Program-made: the position numbers and the translations under genes
Part shown: positions 17,756 through 27,767 of the stretch, piece after piece
Layout of the letters: every line of letters starts with the position of its first letter
How positions within the stretch are numbered: the stretch's first letter is position 1
From: Dehalococcoidia bacterium
GTDB taxonomy: Bacteria > Chloroflexota > Dehalococcoidia > Lucifugimonadales > VXLM01
Reading direction: 5' to 3'
Assembly: GCA_963662435.1 (NCBI GenBank)
Contig: OY759598.1
Coordinates: 3,943,923-4,007,922, forward strand
DNA length: 64,000 bases
Notes under the pieces: generated by a model
What the model saw: the letters and a program-made list of their open reading frames with translations, nothing else
The model's database searches: none
What the model was told of the DNA's origin: nothing

Positions 17756-18736
17756 ATGAGCGACATCCTCACCGGGACTCCCCCCGACCTCACTTACGCC
17801 CACGACTTGGTGCAGCAGGCATGGATGGTCGTCTGGGCCATAACGTCGGGCGCGCTGGTTGTGATCCTCGGCTGGATGGGGCTCTCGCTCATCGTGAGCG
17901 AGCACTTGGGCCGCCAGCAGGCCGGATGGCGGGAGATGGTGCCCCGCCTGGTGCTTGGACTGGTGGCGGCTGCCTCGTCCCTTTGGTGGTGCGCCCTGGT
18001 CATCGACGTCGCCGACGCCGTCTCAGGCTTCGTCGCCGCATCATTGGACGTCACCGCCGGGGACATGCTCCGCTCAACACTCAAGACATTACTCACCGCA
18101 GTACAGGCCGGGAGCGTGGGCATGGCGTTGCTCTTGGCCCTCCTCTATCTCGTCTACGGCTTCTTCGTCCTCTACGTCATCGTGCAGATGATCTTGAGGC
18201 TTGCCCTCATCGACATTCTTCTCGCGCTAGCCCCCATCGCGTTGGGGCTGTGGATTCTTCCGCACACGGCGGGCTGGGGAAGGCACTGGCTCAGGCTCTT
18301 CATGACCACGGTGTTCCAGCAGGCCATCCAGCTCATCGCGTTGGCCTTGGGGTTCGGTTTCCTGAACGAGGTGGCCCTTATAGCCGCATTCGAGCCGGTG
18401 CAGGACCTTATCTGGAAGCTGCTCATGTCGCTGGCCTTCGTCTACATGGCGACGAGGGTGCCGTCGCTGCTGGGCAACGCCGGCACATTCGATAGCTGGC
18501 TCTCGATGCTCTACTTCGGCATGAACCTGCCCGCCTCGATGGTGCGGTCCGCCAAGACCATCGGTCTTGTCGCAGGAGGAGCCGCCGGTGGGCCGGGAGG
18601 CGTTGCAGTGGGCGCGGTTGCGGCCAGCGCGGGGCTATCGGCAGCCGCAGGCGGTCTCAGCTCTGCGGCCTCGATGGCGTCGCCATCGGGCGGCGGAGAC
18701 ATGGGCGGCGATTCGCCCAGGAGCGCCAACGAGTGA
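17756..18736 (+). CDS. virB6: VirB6/TrbL-like polytopic conjugal transfer protein
   Basis: Multiple TM helices, the pattern LRLALIDILLALAPIALGLWILPHT...W, a Gly/Ala-rich tail, and T4SS context. Confidence 0.75.
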   Translation: MSDILTGTPPDLTYAHDLVQQAWMVVWAITSGALVVILGWMGLSLIVSEHLGRQQAGWREMVPRLVLGLVAAASSLWWCALVIDVADAVSGFVAASLDVTAGDMLRSTLKTLLTAVQAGSVGMALLLALLYLVYGFFVLYVIVQMILRLALIDILLALAPIALGLWILPHTAGWGRHWLRLFMTTVFQQAIQLIALALGFGFLNEVALIAAFEPVQDLIWKLLMSLAFVYMATRVPSLLGNAGTFDSWLSMLYFGMNLPASMVRSAKTIGLVAGGAAGGPGGVAVGAVAASAGLSAAAGGLSSAASMASPSGGGDMGGDSPRSANE

Positions 18737-18890
18737 CACCAACAACAACGAACACGAAATCACGGAGGCGCGGCTCAGTCCACGCCGCTAAACACGACGA
18801 CGGAGGGGGAGAGATGTGCAACTAACGGAACCAAAGAGCAACGACCGATAGAGACGAGCGGAAGACTCGGAATACGAGAGGAGAAAGCAA

Positions 18891-19184
18891 ATGGAAGACC
18901 TTACACAGACGATTTCGAACCTGGTGGGCATCCTGCTGGGGATCGTGGGCGCGGTGGGCGTGGGCTTCTTCATCTACGGGGCCTACCTGTACCTGACCGC
19001 CAGCGGCGCGCCCCACCAGATGGAGCGCGGCAAGAGCGCAATGATGACCGCCCTGGCGGGCATCGTTCTGGCCCTGGTCGCCTACGGCGTCGTGGAACTG
19101 GTGATGAACGCGGTGGTCAACCCCGGCGTGGAGATCGATGACGCACTGCCCAAGCCAGCCACACCCACTCCCGACAGCACATAG
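18891..19184 (+). CDS. VirB2/TrbC-like pilin
   Basis: Two hydrophobic helices around the motif IYGAYLYLTASGAPHQMERGKSAMMTALAGIVL. Confidence 0.8.
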   Translation: MEDLTQTISNLVGILLGIVGAVGVGFFIYGAYLYLTASGAPHQMERGKSAMMTALAGIVLALVAYGVVELVMNAVVNPGVEIDDALPKPATPTPDST

Positions 19185-19209
19185 AAGTAGGTGAGGAGGG
19201 AGAAAAGCA

Positions 19210-20886
19210 ATGAGAGAACACGAGGTACCGACCCACGTGCAGGCCGAGGACAGGGTGCTGCTGTGGTTCACCTTCCCGCAGATCGTGGCGGTCGTGGCGG
19301 TGTGCGCCCTGTCCTACGGCGCATACCGCTACGCCCCGGTGGGGCCGTCCGAGGTGCGGATGGGAATCGCCGTGCTGTTCGGGCTGATGGGCATCGCCGT
19401 TGTCGTGGGAAAGATAGGAGGTCGGCGGCTGCCGTTGGTGGCCGCCGACCTGCTGAAGTACCGGCTAGGGGCGCGGGTCTACGCCGGGCCGGTGTCCCAG
19501 CTGGTGCGCCCTGAGCCGCCCGCGCCGGCGCAGCCGGTGAAGGACGGCCCCGGCCCTTTGCGCCTGATGGCGAGGCGCGCCGGAAAGACCCTCAAGAGGC
19601 TGCGCCGCCGCAAAAAGCGGGAGCGTAACGGGGAAAGAAAACCCTTCCGTCCCCACTGCTGGTTCGGCAAGCGCCGCCGCAAGGCGGGGAGGGACAGCCG
19701 GGGCCACGGTCCAAAGGGCTGGATCGTGGTGATGGCCGTCGTCGCATTGGCGGCGGCCGCGACCGTTCCGCAGACGGCCCTGGCCGACGGCCACGAGCCC
19801 TGGCGAGAGGAGATCGACTTCGAGATTACCGAGCCGGTCGAGGGACGCCGGATATATGTCGAGGGCCTGGCCGTCTCCGGAGACCGGGCCGCCGTGACCT
19901 TACGGGCGGCAACCGACCTGGAAATCCGCGTCCGAGCCTTCGGCGGCAGCCAGGGTACCGCCCTGCGCTTCTGGGGTTCGGCAAGTCTCACCGAAGGGGA
20001 GAGCATCGACTACTCGCTCCCCCTCCACGGACCGGTGCCGTCCTTCACGATCTCGTGGGAGGACACGCTTGGCCAGGCCGGGGCGCTCACCTGGGAGGAA
20101 GCACAGCGTCCCTTTCCCCTACCGGTTGTGGAGGGTGAACTGTGCAACGTCGCTCTCACGTCCCTCGGCTGGACGGCGGGAGCCGTCAGCGGCGTTATCG
20201 AATCCGAGTGCGTGACGCGCATCGAGCACCCGGTCGAGCTTCAGTCGGTGGCGGGGCACCAGAGCGTCACCGTGACGGCCCTCATGGAAGCAGAGATATC
20301 TGCCATCACCGGGTCGCTCTCAGCAACGGCGGAAGCATCGACCGCGAGCGTCTCATTCATCCCCGATGGCGAGACGAGCTTCAGGCTCGCCGTGCCCACG
20401 GGCGAGGCGATTCACGCCGTGAGCGGGGACGTGAGCCTTGAGGCGACTCTCAGCATCCCAATCCCCCCGCTGACGACGCTGACCCATGTCCCGGAGCGGA
20501 CGGAAAAGCGCACCGAGACGGTGAGTCTGTACAGGCCGGGGACGACCCAGACGGTCAGCGAGACGGTCACCCTGACCAACGACGACGGCACCACGACGGA
20601 ACACACCGTCTCGGCCACCCTGTCGGTACCCGGCGAGACGGTCCAGAAGAACGTGACCATCACCATCGTCCACCCGGAGCACGTGAAGGCCGAGGTCACG
20701 GACCGCGCGCCCATCGTCAAGACGAAGAGCGAGTCTCTGGGCCTGGCTTCCGGCATTGGGAGTGACGACCCATTCAAGGTACTGGCGCTGCCTCAGCCTG
20801 AGCCGGAAGACCCGCCAGCAGAGCAGACGCCCGGCGGCGATCTGACCGAGTGGTTTCGCAGATTGGGATGGGAGTGGCCCTGGTGA
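19210..20886 (+). CDS. PrgI (VirB3-like) domain fused to a large extracytoplasmic beta-rich domain
   Basis: The N-terminus MREHEVPTHVQAEDRVLLWFTFPQI plus two TM helices is PrgI-like. An Arg/Lys-rich linker, a third hydrophobic segment and a ~370-aa Thr/Val-rich domain follow. Confidence 0.75.
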   Translation: MREHEVPTHVQAEDRVLLWFTFPQIVAVVAVCALSYGAYRYAPVGPSEVRMGIAVLFGLMGIAVVVGKIGGRRLPLVAADLLKYRLGARVYAGPVSQLVRPEPPAPAQPVKDGPGPLRLMARRAGKTLKRLRRRKKRERNGERKPFRPHCWFGKRRRKAGRDSRGHGPKGWIVVMAVVALAAAATVPQTALADGHEPWREEIDFEITEPVEGRRIYVEGLAVSGDRAAVTLRAATDLEIRVRAFGGSQGTALRFWGSASLTEGESIDYSLPLHGPVPSFTISWEDTLGQAGALTWEEAQRPFPLPVVEGELCNVALTSLGWTAGAVSGVIESECVTRIEHPVELQSVAGHQSVTVTALMEAEISAITGSLSATAEASTASVSFIPDGETSFRLAVPTGEAIHAVSGDVSLEATLSIPIPPLTTLTHVPERTEKRTETVSLYRPGTTQTVSETVTLTNDDGTTTEHTVSATLSVPGETVQKNVTITIVHPEHVKAEVTDRAPIVKTKSESLGLASGIGSDDPFKVLALPQPEPEDPPAEQTPGGDLTEWFRRLGWEWPW

Positions 20887-21200
20887 GGCGTCTATGGGCG
20901 GCAATCCTCCTGGCCGGGGTTGCGCTGGCGACCACCGGCGCGGCCCCGGCGGAGGAGCAGGCAATGTTGGACGCCTTCGATGCGGTCTTGACCGCGATGG
21001 CCTACGCCGCCGCAGGACTCGCCGTCTTCGCCATCGCCTGGGCGGGATTCGTCCTGATGGCCGAGGGCGCAGAGGAGCGCGGCGGAGGCAAGGCCAGGAC
21101 CGCAGTGGTGATGGCCGTCGTCGGCCTGGTGCTGGTGCTGTCGGCCAAGGGCGTTGCCGCGCTGCTGAGCCACGGCGTCATCCCCATTCCAGTCCCCTGA
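20883..21200 (+). CDS. Second pilin-like protein with signal peptide
   Basis: GTG overlaps the upstream TGA. FAIAWAGFVLMAEGAEERGGGKARTAVVMAVVGLVLV parallels the first pilin. Confidence 0.7.
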   Translation: MRRLWAAILLAGVALATTGAAPAEEQAMLDAFDAVLTAMAYAAAGLAVFAIAWAGFVLMAEGAEERGGGKARTAVVMAVVGLVLVLSAKGVAALLSHGVIPIPVP

Positions 21201-21220
21201 TGAAAAAGGAGGCAAACGAA

Positions 21221-23443
21221 GTGAAGAAGCTGTTTGAACGAATCATAGGACGAGGATCGCAGGCCCCGCCGGGGGAGACCGGCGCTCCCAGGGATGCCGA
21301 GCGCAAGCTCCTCCCGCCCGACCTGCCTCTGTTTTTCATGCTGTCGCACCTGGAAGAGGACTGTCCCGTGCGGCTGGACGGGGTGAAGCTGGGCGTGTGC
21401 GAGGTGATGGGGCTGGAGATCGACGAACCCAAGCTGGGAGCCTTCGCCGGTGCGCTCAACGCCCTGGATTTCCCCGTGCAGCTTCTCATACGCCAGCACC
21501 CTCCGCGCCTTGGCGGGCTCCGGGAGAAGCTGCAAGAGGCCCAACCGGAGAACCTTCCACCGCAGACAAAGGCCGCCGCCGAGTCCTTAGGACGGCTGTT
21601 GACCGACCTTGAGACCCGGGACGGCATCCTCGACCGGCGCTTCTACGCCGTGTGCGAGCACTCCCGCATCGACGAGTTGCGGGGGCTGCTGGCGCGGGCC
21701 GGACTCTCCGTACATCCGCTCAGGGGCCGCCAGCTTCGGATGTTCCTCATAGCGTCCGCCCTTGGCGGCTCGCCAACCGACGTGGACGAGAACGAGGAGG
21801 TCGAGGTTCAGGTCAGCTGCAGGGACATGCGCGTCGGAGACCGGCTGGTGCGCTCCCTCCACCTGGGCAAGTGGCCCCGCTCGCTTGCCCCCGGCTTCCT
21901 GCAAGGACTGATGGCGGCGGGAGCGCCAATGGACCTGTCCATCCACCTCGGGCCTATCCCCGCAGAGCAGGCGGCGAGGACGCTGGAGTGGCAGAAGGTC
22001 AGGTTCGAGTCGGCCCAGTCCCTGTCCTTCAAGCGGGGCCGCACCATGTCCCCGGAGGCGGAGATCGCCCTGGAGGACGTGACCCGGCTCAGGGACGAGG
22101 TGCAACGGGGTCGGGAGCGTCTGTTTCACGCATCGTTGTCGGTCACCCTTCACGCCAGGGACGAAAACTCCCTCAAGGAGATGACCCAGCGGGCGAAAGC
22201 CCACTTCGCCGCCACGTTGGGCAAGCTGGACAACCTGGCCTTCCGCCAGAGGGATGGGCTGCTCTCCACGCTTCCCCTGGCACTCAACGCCGTCGCCGAG
22301 TGGCGGACGCTGGACACGTCGTCTCTAGCGAGATTGTTCCCCTTCTCTCCCCCGGACCTGGACACGCGGAGCGGCACCCTCTACGGCATCGACATGCGGG
22401 CCTGCTCTCCGGTGGTCTACGACCCCTGGGACGGAACGCACCTCAACGCGAATACGGCGGTGCTGGCCCGCTCCGGCTCAGGCAAATCCTTCGCCACCAA
22501 GCTGGGCGTGCTCAGGGGCCTGACGCGCGGCGTCACCGCCTACGTCATCGACCCCGAGGGAGAGTACGCGGACATGGCCCGTGCAGCTGGAGGGCGAGTG
22601 CTGTCTCCCGGCGTGCCCGGCCAGGGCATGAACCCCTTCGTCATCGACAGAGGCGACTCCGAGGAGCTGCTCCAGCGCATCGGCAGCCTCAGACGGCTCA
22701 TCGAGGTGATGGTGGGAGAGAGCCTCGGCGCAGAGCGAAGGGCATCCCTCGACCACGCACTGGCGGGCTACTACGCCCAGCCCCGCGAGCGCACCGGCTT
22801 CAGGGATTTCTACACGTATCTACAAGGTGAATCCCCGGACATAGCCCATCTATTGCGGCCCTTCGCCACCGGCAGCCTGCGCAATCTCCTCTCCGACGAG
22901 GGGGACGACCTGCTGGGGAGCGAAGCCCTGGTCACCGTCTTTGATCTTCGATTGCTGGAACCGGAGCTTAGGCCTGCCGCCGCGATGGTGTGCACCGAGA
23001 CCGTGTGGGCGGCGGCCGCCCAAAACCCCAAGCCGAGGCTTCTGGTGGTGGACGAGGTGTGGTCGATCATGCAGCACCCCGAGGGAGCCGCCTTCATGGT
23101 CAGCATGGCGAAGCGTGCCAGGAAGCACCGGCTGGGATTGCAGTTCATCACCCAGGACGTCCAGGACCTTCTGAGCGAGGACTCTTCGAGAACGATCACC
23201 GGCCATTCGGGACGCGCCCTCCTCCAGAACGCCGCCTTCAAGCTGCTACTTCAGCAGGATGCTGCCGCGATACGCACCGTGGGCGACGCCTTCGACCTGC
23301 CCGAAGACCTACAGCGCTGGCTGCTGTCGTGCCCCAGAGGAGACGGGCTTCTGCTGTCGAAGGGACACCGCTTCCCCGTGCGCATCGAGGCGACGCCTGA
23401 GGAGACAGCAGTAATCGAATGGAGACCGGGCAGCCACCGATAG
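21221..23443 (+). CDS. virB4: VirB4-like T4SS ATPase
   Basis: Walker A ARSGSGKS, IDPEGEY, Walker B VVDEVW and KRARKH...ITQ. AGGAGG precedes GTG 21221; ATG 21200 is an alternative start. Confidence 0.9.
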   Translation: MKKLFERIIGRGSQAPPGETGAPRDAERKLLPPDLPLFFMLSHLEEDCPVRLDGVKLGVCEVMGLEIDEPKLGAFAGALNALDFPVQLLIRQHPPRLGGLREKLQEAQPENLPPQTKAAAESLGRLLTDLETRDGILDRRFYAVCEHSRIDELRGLLARAGLSVHPLRGRQLRMFLIASALGGSPTDVDENEEVEVQVSCRDMRVGDRLVRSLHLGKWPRSLAPGFLQGLMAAGAPMDLSIHLGPIPAEQAARTLEWQKVRFESAQSLSFKRGRTMSPEAEIALEDVTRLRDEVQRGRERLFHASLSVTLHARDENSLKEMTQRAKAHFAATLGKLDNLAFRQRDGLLSTLPLALNAVAEWRTLDTSSLARLFPFSPPDLDTRSGTLYGIDMRACSPVVYDPWDGTHLNANTAVLARSGSGKSFATKLGVLRGLTRGVTAYVIDPEGEYADMARAAGGRVLSPGVPGQGMNPFVIDRGDSEELLQRIGSLRRLIEVMVGESLGAERRASLDHALAGYYAQPRERTGFRDFYTYLQGESPDIAHLLRPFATGSLRNLLSDEGDDLLGSEALVTVFDLRLLEPELRPAAAMVCTETVWAAAAQNPKPRLLVVDEVWSIMQHPEGAAFMVSMAKRARKHRLGLQFITQDVQDLLSEDSSRTITGHSGRALLQNAAFKLLLQQDAAAIRTVGDAFDLPEDLQRWLLSCPRGDGLLLSKGHRFPVRIEATPEETAVIEWRPGSHR

Positions 23444-23503
23444 AAGGATCACAACGCAACGACGGACATGTAGAGACGCCCTTTAAGAAGAAGGAGTACA
23501 GCA

Positions 23504-26026
23504 ATGAAACTGAATCCTAGAAATATCTTGTTTGGCAATGACGAAGGAACGAAGACCCCCGTACTGCTGGCGGTAACGCCGCCCAGGACCGGTGAGCGCA
23601 CGTTGCTGGGCGTCGAGAACCTGCTCCAGTCCATCGCCGTGCCGGAGCCCTTCTCCCTGGAGTTGGTCGGGGACATGGACGGCGTGACGCTGATGGCACG
23701 CTGCCAGGACGACCGGGTGGTGCGCGGCCAGCTCTCGGCTCACTATCCCCAGGCAAGGATAGAGAAGGTGCACCCTGGCGAGGACCCGCTGTGGCTCAGA
23801 GACGGAGAGCAGGCGTGGTCGATGACGCTCAGGGCAGACGGCCCCGAGTACGTCCCCCTCAGGACCTTCCGCGATGACGACCTGCTCGACCCCGGCTCGG
23901 ACCCCCTCATCGCCCTCATGGGCGCGCTGTCATCCCTCTATGAGGGGGAGCGGGTGGTGGCCCGCCTGATGCTTCGCTCCCTCGGCCCCGACTGGTCGCA
24001 GCACCATCTCGAAAAGGCCCACAAACGGCCCGGCGCAGAGCTACGGGAGCCCTCCTACACCTACCAGACCAAGCCATTGCAGATGGACGGCGTGACCATG
24101 GCCGTTCTGGGCATCGGCGCGCTGGCCGCCCTCCAGGGCTACCTGTGGGTGCAGGACGGCGAGACGTGGAAGGCCGTACTCCTGGGGATGGGTACGGCGT
24201 TGGGGCTGACCGCAGGCGGCTGGGCGTGGTGGCGCTGGAAGAAGTCCAGGAACCGGGTCGAAGACCCATTGCTCATACGCGAAAAAGTCTCCCGCATCGC
24301 CTTCGATGCCGAGATACAGGTCACGGCGCTCATGCCCGCCGACACAGGGCATGAGCGAGCGGAGGAGCTCCTGAAGAGAGTGGCCGCCGCCTACCGCCAC
24401 TTCGACAACCCCGCCGGAGCACGGTTCAAGGTCGGCAAAGTCCGGCCCATCGCTCCCGACCCCGACCTGCTTCACCCGACAGGCCCCGGCCTGTTCGGAA
24501 GGCGCAGCGTCCTCGGCGTCCGCGAGGTTGCCGCATTGTGGCACCCGCCTGGAGCGGGTGACGAGACGCCCATGGTGGAGCGGTCCGGAGCAAGAGCGCT
24601 CAGTCCATCTGCTAAGGGCGTCAGGGGCGGTGCTCTCGTGGGGGACACCACTGCGGGAACCAAGCGGGAGATCCGCTTCCCCGAGGACCTGCTCCGGCGA
24701 CACCACCTCTACGTCGCCCGCACCCGCATGGGCAAGTCCACCCTCATGCACCATCTGGTCGTTCACAAGATGCGGGAGAAGGCCGAGGGCAGGGACGCAG
24801 ACGCCATCGTCGTCATCGATCCCCACACCGACCTCGTCGCAGGCATCCTCGAACACGTCCCAGACTCCCTCGTGGACAAAGTGAAGCTCATCGACCTGTC
24901 CGACGAGACCCGCTCTCCCGGCGTCAACCTGCTGGACACCCGCGTCTTCGCTGACCGCGACCGCACCGCCGACTCGGTGGTGCGCGTGGCCAAGGGGCTG
25001 TGGGACCAGTGGGGGCCGAGGATGCAGTCCATCCTCGAACAGACCGTCAAGACCCTCCACGAGGCCAACGAGCAGATGGAGGCGGAGCAGCAGTACACCA
25101 TCCTGGACGGCTTGAAGCTGCTGTCGGACGAGACGTTCGGAAAGCAGGTGCGCAAGAAGGTCTCCGACCCCTACCTGCTGGAGTGGTGGGCGAGGGACTT
25201 CGGCAAGTGGGGTCATCAGTACAAGGCGGAGGCGCTGGCTCCCGTCCAGACCCGGCTCTCCTACTACGCATCGTCCAAGCGGGCAAGGGCCATCCTGGGC
25301 CAGCGCCGCTCCACCATCGACCTGCGCCGCACCATCCACGACGGCGGAATCCTGCTCGTCTCCACCTCCCAGGGCACGGTCGGCAGGGACGTGGCCGCCC
25401 TGGTAGGCGCTTCCCTCCTCAACCTTGTCGATGCGGTCATCCGCGAGCAGGGAAGTCTCCCCTTGCACCAGCGCAGGGGGGCGCTGGTCGTGGTGGACGA
25501 GATGCAGTCCATGCCGGGCGTGGACTACGAGTCGATGCTGTCCGAGCTTGGCAAGTTCGGCGCCAGCTTCGTCCTCGCAACCCAGAGCCTGGCCAAACTG
25601 GACGACCTCTCCCTAACCATGCGAGACACCATCCTCGCCAACGTGGGCTGCCTTGCCGTCTTCCAGGTGGCGGGCAACGACGCCAGGACGCTCGTATGGG
25701 AGCTTGGCAAGGACCGGGTGACCGAGGACGACATCGTGTCGCTGCCCGTGCACCACTGTTACGTCCGCGCCACCGTGGGAACGGAGAGGATGCCCGCCTT
25801 CTCGATGGAGGTGCGCAAGCCCGAAGAGGGAGACCCCGCCGTCGCCGACCGCATTCGCAACGCGGCATCAGCCTACACCGTGTCATCTAACCAGGCCGAC
25901 TATGCCGACGCCGAGGGCAACAAGAAGGTGGATGACTACCACAAGGGCGTCGAAGAGTTGGAGAAGGCCGAGCAGGAGGAACAGCAGGCGGCGAAGCAGG
26001 CGGAGCAAGAGGAGGTCGAAGGATGA
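23504..26026 (+). CDS. virD4: VirD4/TraD-like type IV coupling protein
   Basis: Walker A ARTRMGKS, IDPH, Walker B VVDEMQ, SELGKFG...ATQ and ILANVG; two internal TM helices. Confidence 0.9.
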   Translation: MKLNPRNILFGNDEGTKTPVLLAVTPPRTGERTLLGVENLLQSIAVPEPFSLELVGDMDGVTLMARCQDDRVVRGQLSAHYPQARIEKVHPGEDPLWLRDGEQAWSMTLRADGPEYVPLRTFRDDDLLDPGSDPLIALMGALSSLYEGERVVARLMLRSLGPDWSQHHLEKAHKRPGAELREPSYTYQTKPLQMDGVTMAVLGIGALAALQGYLWVQDGETWKAVLLGMGTALGLTAGGWAWWRWKKSRNRVEDPLLIREKVSRIAFDAEIQVTALMPADTGHERAEELLKRVAAAYRHFDNPAGARFKVGKVRPIAPDPDLLHPTGPGLFGRRSVLGVREVAALWHPPGAGDETPMVERSGARALSPSAKGVRGGALVGDTTAGTKREIRFPEDLLRRHHLYVARTRMGKSTLMHHLVVHKMREKAEGRDADAIVVIDPHTDLVAGILEHVPDSLVDKVKLIDLSDETRSPGVNLLDTRVFADRDRTADSVVRVAKGLWDQWGPRMQSILEQTVKTLHEANEQMEAEQQYTILDGLKLLSDETFGKQVRKKVSDPYLLEWWARDFGKWGHQYKAEALAPVQTRLSYYASSKRARAILGQRRSTIDLRRTIHDGGILLVSTSQGTVGRDVAALVGASLLNLVDAVIREQGSLPLHQRRGALVVVDEMQSMPGVDYESMLSELGKFGASFVLATQSLAKLDDLSLTMRDTILANVGCLAVFQVAGNDARTLVWELGKDRVTEDDIVSLPVHHCYVRATVGTERMPAFSMEVRKPEEGDPAVADRIRNAASAYTVSSNQADYADAEGNKKVDDYHKGVEELEKAEQEEQQAAKQAEQEEVEG

Positions 26027-27684
26027 GGTCCGAAAAACTCGACGCCCAGATCCTCCGAGTCCTGGCCGACATGCCCTTCCTCAACCGACCGGAGATGGTC
26101 GCCGTCACCGGCCGGTCTAAGGGCGCGGTCCACGAGGCCGTCGATGGGCTTCAGGAAGGCGGCCTTTGCGCCTCCGTGCTCCACTCCGTGGACCCCTTCC
26201 CGCCGTCCCGGAGGTTCCATCTCACCGCTGCGGGGCTGCGCAGGCTCGCTGGAGAGGAAGGTGTCCCCATTGAAGAGCTGGTGCGCACGCACCCCGTGTC
26301 GGGCCAGTGGCGCCGCAGCCTGATGGAGCGCATGGACGCCCTGGCCGTTATCTACCGCCTGGCCTCCCACCTCTCCGACTACGCATACCCCATACGCTTT
26401 CGCTGGTACCGCTCCTCGAAGCTGGACGCCTCCGTGTCCCTTCCCGATGGGAAGACCGTAGGCATCGTCAGGCAGGGACTAACCGCCGACCGGTCGGTCT
26501 TCGCCCAGCGTCTCTGGCGGCTCAAGGACGAGCCCATGCCGGGGATCGTCCTCATCCTCACGACGGACGGAGTGCGGCTCAGGCACGCCCGCAGGATGCT
26601 CTCGACCACCGACGTCCCGGCACTGCTCGCCATGGAGCGCGAGGCGGTCGTGGCCGAAGCCGACGATCCGATATGGACTCCGGCTCAGGTCGCCGCCGCC
26701 GTGAGTCTGCACTATGCCCTCGACAGGATGGAGCCCGGCGGCGCGTTGCCACAGGAGCCACAGCCCGGACTGGCGTCCGTCCCCGCCGACCTACCCGTCA
26801 CGGGCGCGGCATCGGACATGGCTGACCACATGCTGCCCGTGGTGCTCAAATCCGCCGAGAAGTGCGCCCTCGACCTGGTCTTCGATTGGCCTTGGATCGC
26901 CCTCTCGGAACTGGGCGGGCTGATGGGTGTCTCGCCCCAACGGGCTTCCCAGTTGGTCAACCCGCTGGAGGGATTCCGCCTCGTCGTCCGGCACCGCGAG
27001 GCGGGTGGACGGCTGGCCCTCACCGACCGGGGGCTGGCTCTCCTCGCCCGCAGGGACAGGACCTCCGTCGCCGTCGCCAGGAGGAGGTTGAGCGTCGCCC
27101 CAGAGGACGCCAACGCTCCCTATGGCTGGCGCAATCTCTCCGGCAGCCGGAGCAGGCAGCTTCTCAGGAACATCGAGCACACCTCCGCAGTCCACGGCTT
27201 CCTCGCCGCGCTCACGGGCCAGGCCCGGCACCTGGGCTGGGAGGTCGTGCATCTCGACCCGCCCAGGAGGGCGTCCCGGCACTTCCGCCACGACGACCGG
27301 ATGCGGGCCGTCTATCCCGACGCTTTCGGCGTCCTGCGAAAGGAAGACGCCGGTTGGCACTTCTTCCTGGAGTGGGAACGCCGCGCCGTGCGCCCTTCGA
27401 CCATGGCCACACGTCTCGCACCCTATCTGCGCTACTACTCATCTCACAGGCCCATCGACGACCACGGCGTGCGGCCCGACGTCCTCATCGTCTTCGACGA
27501 CGACATCGCCGCCACCCACTTCCTGCGCGTCGCGCGGGAGCGGATGCAGGCCAGCGGGGTCAGCGTCCCCCTATGGGTTTCGCACAAAGAGGCAATCGAC
27601 GCCCTGGGGCCGCTGGGACGCGCCTGGCGCACCCCGGCCACCGCCTGGGAGCCGCCTCAAGCACTGCCGACGGGAGAGCAATGA
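26023..27684 (+). CDS. Replication-relaxation (MOB_C-like) relaxase with duplicated wHTH/nuclease architecture
   Basis: ATGA overlap with the coupling protein gene. The C-terminal half has H...PDAFG-x-FLEWER...Y, matching D-x(6-17)-E-x-E-R. Confidence 0.75.
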   Translation: MRSEKLDAQILRVLADMPFLNRPEMVAVTGRSKGAVHEAVDGLQEGGLCASVLHSVDPFPPSRRFHLTAAGLRRLAGEEGVPIEELVRTHPVSGQWRRSLMERMDALAVIYRLASHLSDYAYPIRFRWYRSSKLDASVSLPDGKTVGIVRQGLTADRSVFAQRLWRLKDEPMPGIVLILTTDGVRLRHARRMLSTTDVPALLAMEREAVVAEADDPIWTPAQVAAAVSLHYALDRMEPGGALPQEPQPGLASVPADLPVTGAASDMADHMLPVVLKSAEKCALDLVFDWPWIALSELGGLMGVSPQRASQLVNPLEGFRLVVRHREAGGRLALTDRGLALLARRDRTSVAVARRRLSVAPEDANAPYGWRNLSGSRSRQLLRNIEHTSAVHGFLAALTGQARHLGWEVVHLDPPRRASRHFRHDDRMRAVYPDAFGVLRKEDAGWHFFLEWERRAVRPSTMATRLAPYLRYYSSHRPIDDHGVRPDVLIVFDDDIAATHFLRVARERMQASGVSVPLWVSHKEAIDALGPLGRAWRTPATAWEPPQALPTGEQ

Positions 27685-27767
27685 GCGACGAATGGAGCGT
27701 TGCGAAAGTCTCCCGTTCAATCCCCGATAGAGGATGGAAAACCGATGTGTTCACGGAATAACGATAT

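Noticed and set aside
20894..21220. N-terminal ~100 aa of the 849-aa ORF as part of VirB4
   Set aside because: It overlaps the second pilin in another frame, and the RBS supports a start at 21221 or 21200.
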